Both the position numbers and the translations under genes were made by a program. DNA of 62,847 bases, filler included, from Stramenopiles sp. TOSAG23-2 (Eukaryota): assembly GCA_900128395.1 (NCBI GenBank). It is 2 parts of 2 records of this genome, joined end to end, with 100 filler letters (N's around TTAATTAATTAA, not from the genome) between each part and the next. Parts side by side here need not be neighbours in the genome. Positions count along the whole stretch, not along the records: positions 1 to 31,396 come from LT649371.1; 1 more part is not named here. One strand, 5' to 3'. Under the pieces are notes generated by a model that was given only the letters and a program-made list of their open reading frames with translations, was not told the DNA's origin and did not search any database. Below, in pieces: positions 9,801 through 19,704 of the stretch; positions within the stretch are counted from its first letter, which is position 1; each line of letters opens with the position of its first letter.

Positions 9801-12800
9801 TTCATGTCCGGTCGCAATCTAGCATATGTCTCTTTGGCACTTGCCATCTCTTCAACAAATGTTTTTGCACTCTTTTTTATAGCGCTGCCAATTTTATTAT
9901 ATACATTGACGCCATTTTCTACAGTTTTGAGCGGTACAATCAAGCGCAAGTATGGCATAACTACATCAACAACTTCATCTTCACCTTGATACTGGTCGGA
10001 CAATTCATTAACTTCATCAACTAAGAGTACAAAACCTTTGTTCTCATCCTCTCTTTCACCAAGCTGAATCACACAAACAGCATCTTGTGATGTTGGTTGT
10101 CGCGCTACTTTATTAGTCCTCTGGTAATTATATTTGTTATCTTCGTTATCAACAGATAAGTAATCTAAAAGATTTAGATTAGTCAAATGAAAGTAAATTG
10201 CTTTTCGCACATGCCATTGAGTCTGGCGAAAATGTATGTCCTTGATTACTAGCTTGAAATCTTCTTTATCATCGTCAAAGACGTTCCTTTGTGAATTCTC
10301 GCTCATAAAGTTCTTTATATTTGGAGATTGAATCATAAATCCAATGTCTACAACATCGCATTTAATGTCAATAATCATCTCTTCTCGCTTCTGCAATGCC
10401 TCTTTAGCCCTTCGGGCACTTAATTCAAACTGTTCCTCTTTGTTCTTTATATCCAGTAAAAATCTAGTAATTTCGCTTCTTTTCTGTGGGTCTACTTCAT
10501 CTTTGAGCATGGACTCATATCTTTTTTTTTGTTCATCTGTGTTGCGTCTTTTCCTGGCTGAACTATTTTGTGCATTTTCATTTGGATTACCCTCAATTAC
10601 GCTTCCATTATCTTTCATTTCTCCAGTAGTTTTTTTAGCTCTTTCGTCGTTTTTTCTCTCCTTCTTTTCAGCGTGTTTCTTCTTCTTTTTTTTCTTCTTC
10701 TTCTTCTTCCCTTTCTTTTTTTTCTCCAATTCTTCAACATTAAAGTCATCTCTTTCGTCGTAACTTTCTCGAAGTGCGGTCCATGCAACATACCAGTGTG
10801 TATGCCACAGTATTAGTGCTTCAACTCCTTGATCAGAAAATTTTGAGTAAATTTTTGGTATAAACACAGATACGGCTTGTTTAGGCCATTCAGGGTGCTC
10901 TGGTATCCGGGAAGTGTACGTACGAAGTCTGATATTTTCAACACGAACCAACGTTTCACGCGATTGTGTACGTGTAGTTTCATTCGATTTAATTTGCGAA
11001 AGCTTCTGGTCGATAGTTGAATACGTATCACCACCCTCTTGATTCTGTTCACGATAATGCTCAACAACAATACTAAGGTATGGCAAAAGCATATCGTACA
11101 TATCAAACTCTGCTTTTTTTGCGCTTTCATCTTCCAGTAAATTAGGAACCTCTTTCGCGCCAGAAGATGTTGAAGTCGTTAAATCAAGAGCGCCACAATT
11201 TAACATCACAGCATACAGAACCTTGATCTTATTATTTTCTTCGCGGTGTACTGGCAATCTAATTTGCAAACCACCAGTTTTTTGATTGCCAATTTTTAAT
11301 TCGAGAACTAATTGTTGCGGCTTTTGCAACAAAATGTCAACTTTTGATTCATCAAATGATCTCCATGCTCTTCTTTGCTCTGTTTGTTGATGAAGTGCAT
11401 GTGTAGCAGTGTTTTTCGAAGATGCACGTTCTACAACTGATTGTATCTTCTTCTCGTACAACAAAAAAAAACTGCCCATTCTCATAATCATTTCTGTGCG
11501 TAGATTAACTTCTATACAAGCAACAGAAACTTTAATGGCTAACTTCGGCTGTGCTCTTTCTAATAAAAGTGGAGATCGATTGTGTCTGGTTTCAACGGTT
11601 TCATCTACGTTGACTTCATCTGACACATTTGTCAAACACTCTACCATAGCAACTGTAGCAGCTGTTGAGATTATATTAGCCATGTCCATTATCAAAGAAC
11701 TGATTCCAAGTATTGGCGGGCTCACTTTTGCATCTTTACTAGTTGCTTCTTCATTTTGTTTTTTTAATTTATTTTTTCTACTTGCGCTATGATATTTTGA
11801 TGTAATATGTACTTGTGGCTGTTCACGGTATTCCATGAGGACTAAAATAGATTCATTTCGCGTTCTATTGAGGCTATTCGCAGAACACCATGGATCAAAG
11901 TTATAAAAACGTGGGTTCCATTTATCTTTAATGAATTTAAGGAAATGCATTTCCATGTCATTCCATACTAACTCCTTCAATTCGCTAAATAAATGATGCA
12001 AAGTATCTTCGGTTTCCCCTTTAATTTGCTTTAACATTCCGTCATATTTACTTTTCCCCTGTGCTTCCTTGAGTTTTTTTTCGCCTTCTGTTCCAATAAC
12101 AAAGTTTAATGATTTTTCGCTTTTAATGTATCTTTTGACTATTTCTTTCGCTGTCTTCTTTCTATTTATCATAATTAAATCTTTTACGACTATTCTATCC
12201 CTGACACTGAATTCTGTAGTATCCTTCTCTAGCACTTCAAAGATATGCTTTATTACAGGCTTTTGACGTTCAAAATGTTCTACATCGATCCAAAATAGTA
12301 AGTTTTGTGAGCATCTTTGCTGTTTTTCCATGTAATCATAAAAATATCGAAAACGTATTTTTGATCGAATAACTTGTAAAAGTGTTGGATGCCATGATTG
12401 AGTGTTTTCTCGTAAAAATTCTTTTCGTAGAACCAAAGCTTCTACTGGGGCAGCATGCCGTCTTTGGATTTTTGTAATAGTATCTGGCTGGTTGTTGTCT
12501 GCCCTACGAATTATTTGCTCCTCCTTCGATTCGATAATAGAATGGTCTGTAATTTCTATGCCACCGATACTAAATTCAATTTTATCAACTTCTGGCTTTC
12601 GTAGTATGTGTAAACATGTAGTATCTGCTACAATTTCCTCCCTAGACTCATTATGTGTAACAAAAGTTATGGCAAGTTTTTTGATTATCAATGTCACATG
12701 TTGCATAATGTAATCAGCTGGAAGTACGCTTAACTTTTCGCCTTTCGGGTCGTAATTTATCTGACTAAATAAATCTGCTTTTTCCTCCATTGTTAAATTT

Positions 12801-15001
12801 TTTGTCAATCGCTGATCTTCCTCATTCATTCTTTGCAAGTTTAAGTCAGGGCGATGTGTAAAAAATGCACTATTTGTGTCAACGCCAGCACTTCCCATTG
12901 CAAAATTCAACAAATTGCTCGATTGTGTAGTTTTTAAATCTGTCGTTTGGTGCAAACCTGTTTTATTTTCAAGCTTTTCGTCTACAAATCCAAAAATAGA
13001 CCCCCTTTTCTTTCGCTGGCTTGGCTTAGATAGTTGCGTCCGATTTCGCTTGTAGTGCTCCAATTGCAATTGTGCATCTGCTATCCTACGAAATAACATA
13101 ATATCTGCAACTTGCAAATGGTCCCTTTCAATAGCTTCCATTTCATTTTTTTCTGCTCGTGAAAGAGGCATGCCATTTAATATTTGAACTTGTTTCTTGG
13201 CTGCTAGCGCAAGGTGAGGATCGTTTAATGTTATATGGCGGGATGCACCGTATGCTTCATCCAGTTCTTTTAAGACTTCTGAAGGCACCACCCACATTTT
13301 CCCATTTAACCTAGAGCGTTTGTATAATTCAATGTACCTCCCCCGCCGAACAATATATTCTTTTATAAATATCCATCTAGCTCTTTTTCTATTTTCACGC
13401 ATTTCATTTATAACAGCATCTCTAGCATAATGCCACCAATCCTTTACATGGTCTTTTGCTTCTACCTTCGATAATTTGCCAGTCTCTCTGAATTTCTTAA
13501 CGTTTCTTAAACTCAAATGTGGTCGCCATCCCGCCAACCGTCTTGCACGATCATATCGATCATACCTATTAATGAAAAGAATGAAAGACCTTATATGGCC
13601 AAATTGAGATTCCTGCAATTTTATATTTATTGCTTTTATTACTACTTCGAATTCTTTCTTAGGTGGGTCATCGGCATGTGCGATGTCATGTTTATTCATA
13701 GAATACCGAAGTGTAAAGTCCAATGGTTCCAATATATGTTGAAGCTGCTTCTCTATTAACATGGTCCACCTGTGAAATTCACATTTATCCGCCGGCCTTA
13801 CTATACCTTCCACTTCAATTTCATCATCCTCCTCTTTATCCTTATTTCCAATATTTACATTTTCTTGAATAAAATCAACAATAGACCTTCTTTTCTTCTT
13901 CTTACTTTGGTTTCCACTTTGGTTCTTATTAAAATTACTCTCCTTTGTTATATACGCATCATTGTCTTGAAAATAATCACTTGTACTATTTTTATAATTA
14001 TTACTATTTTGATTTTGTTCAAATTCATCTTCATCATCGTCGTCTACCTCTGGTGGATGTCGCAGCATGTTAAAGATTGCTGCAAAAGCTTTACCAAGTC
14101 TCTTTCTCGAACTAGATCCTTTCGTTCTATCTTGGTCATTCATACTGCTCTTCAAATCATCACCGTAATCCATTTCGTGTTCAGAATGGCTACTATAACC
14201 ATTTTCCCCGTCTTCATCAGACGTTTTTACTTTATATGTTGGCAACTCAGATATTCGACATGAATTTAAATATATTCGACATCCAGACACGGAAATAGAT
14301 TTTAACATCGATTTTCTCTGTGCTATATCCTCTCCTGGGAACGTTGGATCCTCAGAGAAATCCGATTGTAAAGCAATATTGTCGATAGCCAAAGCTGCTG
14401 TGTATTGATTTTTTTCATCGCTAGTGGTATCTTCAAATAAAACATGTACATGATTAATACGAACTTCTATTAGTTGCATAATTGAAAAAATGACTCTATC
14501 TACCAAGGAAACACTTTTTGCTTCATGTATACCACCCCAACGTTTTGCTTGCTGTTTTTCCCATCGCTCTTGCATTTTTTTTATTTCATTTAATTTTTTT
14601 TGCCATTTACTTTCTAGATCTTCTTCAGTTTCTTTTGTAAAATCAAAAGAGGATAATGGTTTTGATATTAGCCATACATCGTTTATTGTTAGGACAACTG
14701 GTTTTACAGTTAGTTTATCCCATGGAATTATAATTTTTAAACATCCAGCTATTCCTGATTCTACAGCAATGGGCAAATTTAAAAAGTCCAATGCACCGCG
14801 CTTTAATTCTAAGCCATACAATACGATTTCCCCTTGATAAAACTTCACTTTGAAATCATCTTGATTAATATATTTAAAAAAATCACCTAGATACCTATTT
14901 AAGAGAGTTGCTATTATTTTATCTCGGGCAATACCAAAATAATACAAAGGATTCAATAATTTTCCCAAATTTGTCCCAGCATTATTCGAAGATGACGCCA
15001 T
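6863..15001 (-). CDS. VPS13/chorein-N bridge-like lipid transfer protein with internal RGS domain and C-terminal coiled coil
   Basis: Chorein-N signature (LLNRYLGDF...GEIVLYGLELK..ALDFLNLPI.V..G..G.L.I.IPW.KL..KPV....DV), VPS13-like WWHYA..AV and RYIELYK segments; RGS-like block at about 11920-12385; single 2712-aa exon. Confidence 0.85.
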   Translation of the reverse strand: MASSSNNAGTNLGKLLNPLYYFGIARDKIIATLLNRYLGDFFKYINQDDFKVKFYQGEIVLYGLELKRGALDFLNLPIAVESGIAGCLKIIIPWDKLTVKPVVLTINDVWLISKPLSSFDFTKETEEDLESKWQKKLNEIKKMQERWEKQQAKRWGGIHEAKSVSLVDRVIFSIMQLIEVRINHVHVLFEDTTSDEKNQYTAALAIDNIALQSDFSEDPTFPGEDIAQRKSMLKSISVSGCRIYLNSCRISELPTYKVKTSDEDGENGYSSHSEHEMDYGDDLKSSMNDQDRTKGSSSRKRLGKAFAAIFNMLRHPPEVDDDDEDEFEQNQNSNNYKNSTSDYFQDNDAYITKESNFNKNQSGNQSKKKKRRSIVDFIQENVNIGNKDKEEDDEIEVEGIVRPADKCEFHRWTMLIEKQLQHILEPLDFTLRYSMNKHDIAHADDPPKKEFEVVIKAINIKLQESQFGHIRSFILFINRYDRYDRARRLAGWRPHLSLRNVKKFRETGKLSKVEAKDHVKDWWHYARDAVINEMRENRKRARWIFIKEYIVRRGRYIELYKRSRLNGKMWVVPSEVLKELDEAYGASRHITLNDPHLALAAKKQVQILNGMPLSRAEKNEMEAIERDHLQVADIMLFRRIADAQLQLEHYKRNRTQLSKPSQRKKRGSIFGFVDEKLENKTGLHQTTDLKTTQSSNLLNFAMGSAGVDTNSAFFTHRPDLNLQRMNEEDQRLTKNLTMEEKADLFSQINYDPKGEKLSVLPADYIMQHVTLIIKKLAITFVTHNESREEIVADTTCLHILRKPEVDKIEFSIGGIEITDHSIIESKEEQIIRRADNNQPDTITKIQRRHAAPVEALVLRKEFLRENTQSWHPTLLQVIRSKIRFRYFYDYMEKQQRCSQNLLFWIDVEHFERQKPVIKHIFEVLEKDTTEFSVRDRIVVKDLIMINRKKTAKEIVKRYIKSEKSLNFVIGTEGEKKLKEAQGKSKYDGMLKQIKGETEDTLHHLFSELKELVWNDMEMHFLKFIKDKWNPRFYNFDPWCSANSLNRTRNESILVLMEYREQPQVHITSKYHSASRKNKLKKQNEEATSKDAKVSPPILGISSLIMDMANIISTAATVAMVECLTNVSDEVNVDETVETRHNRSPLLLERAQPKLAIKVSVACIEVNLRTEMIMRMGSFFLLYEKKIQSVVERASSKNTATHALHQQTEQRRAWRSFDESKVDILLQKPQQLVLELKIGNQKTGGLQIRLPVHREENNKIKVLYAVMLNCGALDLTTSTSSGAKEVPNLLEDESAKKAEFDMYDMLLPYLSIVVEHYREQNQEGGDTYSTIDQKLSQIKSNETTRTQSRETLVRVENIRLRTYTSRIPEHPEWPKQAVSVFIPKIYSKFSDQGVEALILWHTHWYVAWTALRESYDERDDFNVEELEKKKKGKKKKKKKKKKKHAEKKERKNDERAKKTTGEMKDNGSVIEGNPNENAQNSSARKRRNTDEQKKRYESMLKDEVDPQKRSEITRFLLDIKNKEEQFELSARRAKEALQKREEMIIDIKCDVVDIGFMIQSPNIKNFMSENSQRNVFDDDKEDFKLVIKDIHFRQTQWHVRKAIYFHLTNLNLLDYLSVDNEDNKYNYQRTNKVARQPTSQDAVCVIQLGEREDENKGFVLLVDEVNELSDQYQGEDEVVDVVMPYLRLIVPLKTVENGVNVYNKIGSAIKKSAKTFVEEMASAKETYARLRPDMKVTSLRSIKSLRRSRTDSTDNLKKSFSKRRFDDDTKAASEAPPNNGKEKISNNKFEMKDVHTLPASKRGIKHSIAMKLRVRSKTILLECKYDMEDPLVEFCINGIDFTQLKHGNTIPLSELLDKSSGASSVNDGIEPANLNSAQSDFQNIDMNRKDSLRGLSNEYFIQIGKILVKGSSKFDDNGSLYGILVYPSAVIKKVDISRREFKHKKEERKAKLEDTTSLQWDKFEAFVSRKNKSGVEMDKKLNDSGMDGSGQYGQNRYQSKRKKIASQKNEVIRKLLMISRTYVSLESETKHFEIDSDARTYQLKANQELFRKIEARIAELEAHIDPMTVAAISAYQRQIERIIGHLTVKTKEMIDKSASTIESNNDSGSKKGALDVIVEDQNDDAHIENGDSLGNDKNGNAKPIRISQQISVHVNISEKAVFLALVPSNKFNTSDFEEKQRDGILLFPDIELFQATAMETEVRVDILKPEIATRKNVSQEVYVTIQNVTLEDKTEAGKIHRKILKRIDDEDDDQPMLRLDISMPFHKGDPMSTSVEVNQICLVNLGRFLKEALALNPWINSAMKYPLHEDFLFGPPPPPNVYHFDNLSVNGSNIKVCIPVDSYSEEQLLAYVGKVVVKNQHMEHGIGGNKEHPYQRFHISCKDVEMDYYGYERLFNDFERDGVNSANDKYLEPTITNAVNEGYEEKTIMLLEAQTVNMQFNDMLTGYDREYSPVLMHVWLKCENIVAAMPEKAQQAMSYVLKRNNIEQSNLIQVFKFPPAPKTNINIRVATPFAEVKVYETPDPFPMHYVNQMANRVCGLQPIPSMMDDKTDNNDISSDDDTIKLNSSEDIVNRGNFDISKEGIKVPLTSLKWIGDMGEQLKNVGAKQRQMAQNAGRTRATGHGDESELDILNLKDEDTIDNLEDANKIILTLKLKTRALQEDLQRIKHEKETAQAHFGLQMQALGQKLSRKSAKAREALRGLLHDSNTKKST

Positions 15002-15470
15002 CTTCCAACAATGAACAATTTTTCCGGGTATATGTGTCTATGTGTGTGTGTGTTTATGTTTATGTTTGCAACGTCTACGCTAGAGCAGGAATAAAAGCGT
15101 TAATGTTCAATAAAGATTATGAACTGCACAACTATTGATTCTATCTTCCAATTTCTAAAAAGATATACTGTCCGGATATGACATATTTTGGAGGTAAGTA
15201 CTTTTTGTGTAATTTTATTTTAATTTATTATTTATTATATTAATACATCATAGCAGTATATCGATATCGATAGTAGTCCTATAAGGTAAAAGTCTAGGAC
15301 CTAGATTAGTCCTATATATATAGGTATATATAGTATAGAAAAGACTCTTTCTTCCCGGAAAGAGTCTGACGACGCAGACTAATAGAAAAGGTCTAGTCTA
15401 ATAGTATAATAGGACCTTCCCTTAGCCGCTTTTTAGGTTTTAGGGTCACACACAGGCACACATTAAAAAT

Positions 15471-15767
15471 TTAGTATGGGAATAGCACTAAAACCTTATA
15501 ATTTCCTAAAAGTAGTAAATTTACACACATATATATATATACATCGTATTTTCCATCATCCAATGCAATTCCAATGCCTGGATCATAGTTCCAATATCTT
15601 TGTCGAATTAATGATGCCTGAGATAATGGTGTTGGTGGTGGTTTCTTTTTAAAGTTTTCCTTATATAATTTCAATAATTTTTTCTCCAATGCAATTGTTT
15701 CATATATTGGCGGTCGATCTTGCGGTGTTGGCCATGTACAAGTTTTAGACGATGGCGACGACGACAT
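15471..15767 (-). CDS. short hypothetical protein or 5' gene fragment
   Basis: ATG-initiated ORF; the first ~75 codons look coding, then it runs into (TA)n; the start region is tandemly duplicated. Confidence 0.35.
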   Translation of the reverse strand: MSSSPSSKTCTWPTPQDRPPIYETIALEKKLLKLYKENFKKKPPPTPLSQASLIRQRYWNYDPGIGIALDDGKYDVYIYMCVNLLLLGNYKVLVLFPY

Positions 15768-15907
15768 AATATGGTTTTCAATTTATGTTGTTGTATTATT
15801 AAAAAAAAATCTATTTCCAAATTTAACAAGTTTTAAACGATGGCAACGACGACATATTATTGTTTTCAATTTATGTTGTTGTATTATTTAAAAAAATCTA
15901 TTTCCAA
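15738..15907. repeat. imperfect ~88-bp tandem duplication covering the start codon of the 15471-15767 ORF
   Basis: 15738-15820 resembles 15826-15907 with several substitutions. Confidence 0.85.
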
Positions 15908-16330
15908 TCAACTATATTTTTATGATTATTATTTATTATAAAAATGTGTTCACATATTCGTTCTAATTACTTGTATTAATACATTAACGGATTACAAGGA
16001 TATTTGCCGGATTTCAAGGATATTTGCATTGAGATTATCAATTTAAGGGAATTATTTCATTCATATCTATACTATTGCTATTGGAGTCGACCACCTGGTG
16101 TTATACAATAGACGACTTTTCAAGGATGCCATCTGGCCATCTGGCCATCCCAGTCCGGCCCAGGGATGTGCGGCTATAGCACTCCAGCACTCTCTGCTGC
16201 ATGCTGGCAAAAAGCGAAAGCTGGAAAGCCATCATGGAAAAAGCTATTTAATTATAATAAGCAATATTAGAAGAAATGAAAAAGAGTCTATAGATATGAT
16301 ATCATATAGAAACAGAGACATACCGAGAAG

Positions 16331-17482
16331 ATGGCGACTTTAGTATCAACAAATGTGTTTAATACCACGACTAAAGCGATATGCAATAACAACATGAAAA
16401 ATTTGCCAAAAAAACAAATGGCACGTCTTAAGAAAAAGATATTGAAAATGGCACAAAGTGGGAAAAATATTAATGACTTTAAAATTGCAATAGAAGAAAA
16501 TGCAGTTTACTTTTTAGATAATGATATATGTAAACATTTGTCCCATAGTGGTGAAACGTTGTTACATCGTGCTGTGCTTTCTGACAATATTGATATTGTG
16601 AAATATTTAGTAAATGAGAAACATATGGATGTTAATGAAAGAAACGATCAAATGAAAACTCCTTTGCATATAGCTGCCACTCATAACTCAATTCAATCTA
16701 TAAAATTTTTATTAAATGAAGGCTTAGCAAATCCTAGTGCAGTTCGTACATTTTCATGGACACCATTGATGTATGCAGCATCACGTGGGCATATAGACAT
16801 TGTGAAAATTTTAGTTAATGCAAATGTGAATATAGAAGATGTAAATAAAGAAAATATGACGGCTTTGTATTTAGCAAGCCGGGAAGGTTGGTATGATGTA
16901 GTAGTATATTTAATAAAATGCGGTGCGAACGTAAATATTGCATCTGGTACAACAAACCGAACACCATTGTTTTGTGCATTAATGAATGATCATCATGCAA
17001 TTGTTAAATATTTGATTCATAATACAAATATAGATATAGAAGGAAGGGATAGTAGCATGAATACAATATGGCATGAAATAGCTGCTTGCAATTCATTGAA
17101 TAGTTTTAAATTTTTTGTAGACAAAAATAATGTGAGTCGAATTAAAAGTTTAATTGATGTTAATTGTAAAAATAATATTGATCAACATCCAATACATCTA
17201 GCTGCTGCTGAAGGGCATTCTGAAATATTAAAATGTATGTTGAACATTAATAATGAATTAATAAATATTAAGCAAAGAGATGGTAATTCTCCATTGCATT
17301 TAGCATGCTGTCGTGGCCATATAAATGTTGTGTCAACATTAATTGACTTCAAGTGCGATGTGAATGCCAAAGGATCAAATAATAGGACTGCTTTAACTCT
17401 TGCAATGGGTTTTAAAAACAATCAAATCGCCCAACTATTACTTGATAATGGTGCAATCAGTACAAATAATATCATATATTAA
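16331..17482 (+). CDS. ankyrin repeat protein
   Basis: About nine ankyrin repeats (GETLLHRA, TPLHIAA, WTPLMYAASRGH, TALYLASREG, SPLHLACCRGH). Confidence 0.95.
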   Translation: MATLVSTNVFNTTTKAICNNNMKNLPKKQMARLKKKILKMAQSGKNINDFKIAIEENAVYFLDNDICKHLSHSGETLLHRAVLSDNIDIVKYLVNEKHMDVNERNDQMKTPLHIAATHNSIQSIKFLLNEGLANPSAVRTFSWTPLMYAASRGHIDIVKILVNANVNIEDVNKENMTALYLASREGWYDVVVYLIKCGANVNIASGTTNRTPLFCALMNDHHAIVKYLIHNTNIDIEGRDSSMNTIWHEIAACNSLNSFKFFVDKNNVSRIKSLIDVNCKNNIDQHPIHLAAAEGHSEILKCMLNINNELINIKQRDGNSPLHLACCRGHINVVSTLIDFKCDVNAKGSNNRTALTLAMGFKNNQIAQLLLDNGAISTNNIIY

Positions 17483-17588
17483 ATAAAATATGTACGAATA
17501 TGATCATATATGTTTTATTATAATTTAATTTACGTGTTTTATTATATATAAAAGAAAATAACGACACTAACGATATAATTTTAATATA

Positions 17589-19145
17589 TTATATGGTGCC
17601 ATATTCGTCCACGCTCTCATCTATACTTGACAAATTTACTGTTTTCATCTCAGTTTCTTTTGCTACATATTTAAATTCATCTTCTATTCCTTCGAGAAAC
17701 ACTTTTTCGACTTCTTCTAATTTAAGCCCTTTTGTCTCTGGTAGGTGTTTGAAAATGAAATACGCATAACCTAAACAAATAAAAGAAAATAGTGTAAATG
17801 TAAAACCAACTGATAATTTTTCAATTAAACTTAAAAATGATGATGCAACCAAGAATCCAGCAAACCTATTCAATGATACACCAATCATGATACCATTAGA
17901 ACGAACACGTAATGGGAGAATCTCTGCTATAAGCAACCAGGAGACAGGGCCAAGACCGACAGAGAAAAAAATTGCAAATGCATATAGACCTAATGTTTCT
18001 AGCCATAACATTCCACATATGGATCCAAATGCAATACTAGCATGTGCTAAACCAGCACCAACTGCTGAAACTATTAATAAGATACGACGACCAATTTTTT
18101 CATCTAATAATCTTGCAGAAACAACTATCATAAGCGTTTTAAGTATTCCAATAAGCAATTGATGACCAAATAAATCTTGATTATTTTCCATACCAGCTTT
18201 TTTCAGTGTAAATGAGATAAATCCCATAACACCATCAACTCCACTAAGTTGTTGTGCTACTGCCACTGCAATGACAACCATTATAATGCGTTTTAACGAT
18301 TTGCTAGTATTTTTACCAGTAATCAAATTTTTCACAGAAATTTGATTATAACTTGCTTCTTTTTCCAAGGCATTTTTTATATCTTCATAAACAACAACAG
18401 CTGCATTATCATCTTTAGACAATTTCATAAGGACTGCCATTGCTTTACGGGAATTTCCTTGCATCAGTAAATACCGTGGCGATTCATCCATTTTAAACAA
18501 GCAAAGGAAGAGCATGATTAATGGAAGAATTATTCCAATAACCAGCATTAAACGCCAAGCCACGGGTGATTGAATGGAACTAAAAATCCATGTCGAAAAA
18601 TAACCTAATACAATTCCAATGTTAATTGCAATTTCACTAAATGTAACCAGTGCACCACGAATTTCCTTCGGACTTATTTCTGAAATGTACAATGGGTCAA
18701 CGGAAAATCCAATTCCTGTTCCCATGCCAACGATTGTCCGGCCGATCAATAAACCAGCAAAATTTGAAGATAATATTAATACTACGCCCCCGATAAAGAA
18801 TAGTATACTTGCAATAATAAATGATTTCAAACGACCATATCTATCTGAAGTAAAGCCCGCAGCAATACTACCAAAAATTGCAACAAAATTTAACATGCCA
18901 ATCAAGATTTCAGCTTGAATTGTTGTTAAATTCATATCATCTTGCACAATGAATATTACACCACCAAAGACTCCTAAATTGAAACCAATTATTGCAGAAT
19001 TGAATGAAGCGAATAGAGAAAGAACAAATACTTGACGATTTATTCCAAAAATTTCATTTCTAGCGATAAATTCTTCTTTCGCACGTATGTTATCATCTGA
19101 ATATGTACTCTCTTCACCTAAAAATGTTTCACTTTCTACTAACAT
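17589..19145 (-). CDS. MFS sugar porter family transporter
   Basis: SDRYGR, YISEISPKEIRG, WR, ESPRYL, QQLSG, GRR, GLGPVSW..AEI.P..VR and PETKG motifs; about 12 TM segments. Confidence 0.95.
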   Translation of the reverse strand: MLVESETFLGEESTYSDDNIRAKEEFIARNEIFGINRQVFVLSLFASFNSAIIGFNLGVFGGVIFIVQDDMNLTTIQAEILIGMLNFVAIFGSIAAGFTSDRYGRLKSFIIASILFFIGGVVLILSSNFAGLLIGRTIVGMGTGIGFSVDPLYISEISPKEIRGALVTFSEIAINIGIVLGYFSTWIFSSIQSPVAWRLMLVIGIILPLIMLFLCLFKMDESPRYLLMQGNSRKAMAVLMKLSKDDNAAVVVYEDIKNALEKEASYNQISVKNLITGKNTSKSLKRIIMVVIAVAVAQQLSGVDGVMGFISFTLKKAGMENNQDLFGHQLLIGILKTLMIVVSARLLDEKIGRRILLIVSAVGAGLAHASIAFGSICGMLWLETLGLYAFAIFFSVGLGPVSWLLIAEILPLRVRSNGIMIGVSLNRFAGFLVASSFLSLIEKLSVGFTFTLFSFICLGYAYFIFKHLPETKGLKLEEVEKVFLEGIEDEFKYVAKETEMKTVNLSSIDESVDEYGTI

Positions 19146-19704
19146 GTTCTATATATGCCTGTATGATACCAAATACTTTCTTCAAATGTTTTTGCATGCG
19201 TTGAACTGTATTTATTTATATACCAGATAAATTTTGAAACAAGAAGAAGACAGAAGAAATATTATATGTTTTATGTATATTTGATTTTTTTTCTTATATA
19301 TAGTAGATATAATAATAATAATAGTTTTGGCCATAATAATAATACCATGTTGTATACCAGATGTAATATTGAAAAGTGTTATGTATATAGGACCTATTAT
19401 TCTAGAATTATAGCTACCAGACTATGGCCAATAATAAAAATATTAAACAGCTTACGATATTACGTAGTCTAGATTAAGGGATTGTATAATTAAATTGAAA
19501 AAAAAATACCCCCCCCCCTGATGATGAGATGTGCAGATCATCGATAATAATATATACCCAATCCAGACATAGCTATATCATATATATAAATATATATTAT
19601 AGATAAGTACAGAATAGTATTTAGTAAAACATATCTAATATTTGTATATTTTTGTTTTCTTGTTTATATATTATGTACTTGCGTATATTAATTTATTAAT
19701 AATT

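Noticed and set aside
7005-14837. Many antisense ORFs opposite the VPS13-like gene (likewise opposite MON2, NRAMP and the 58658-60262 gene)
   Set aside because: Shadow ORFs on the reverse strand of real coding regions, with no motifs and biased Ser/Phe/Leu composition.
15431-15446. Telomere-like TTTTAGG(G) here and CCCTAAA at about 3256
   Set aside because: Only two imperfect units each; expected by chance in AT-rich DNA and not an array.
5352-19145. SWEET and MFS sugar transporters as a possible sugar-utilisation cluster
   Set aside because: They are separated by unrelated genes (VPS13-like, ankyrin), and no carbohydrate-active enzyme lies nearby.
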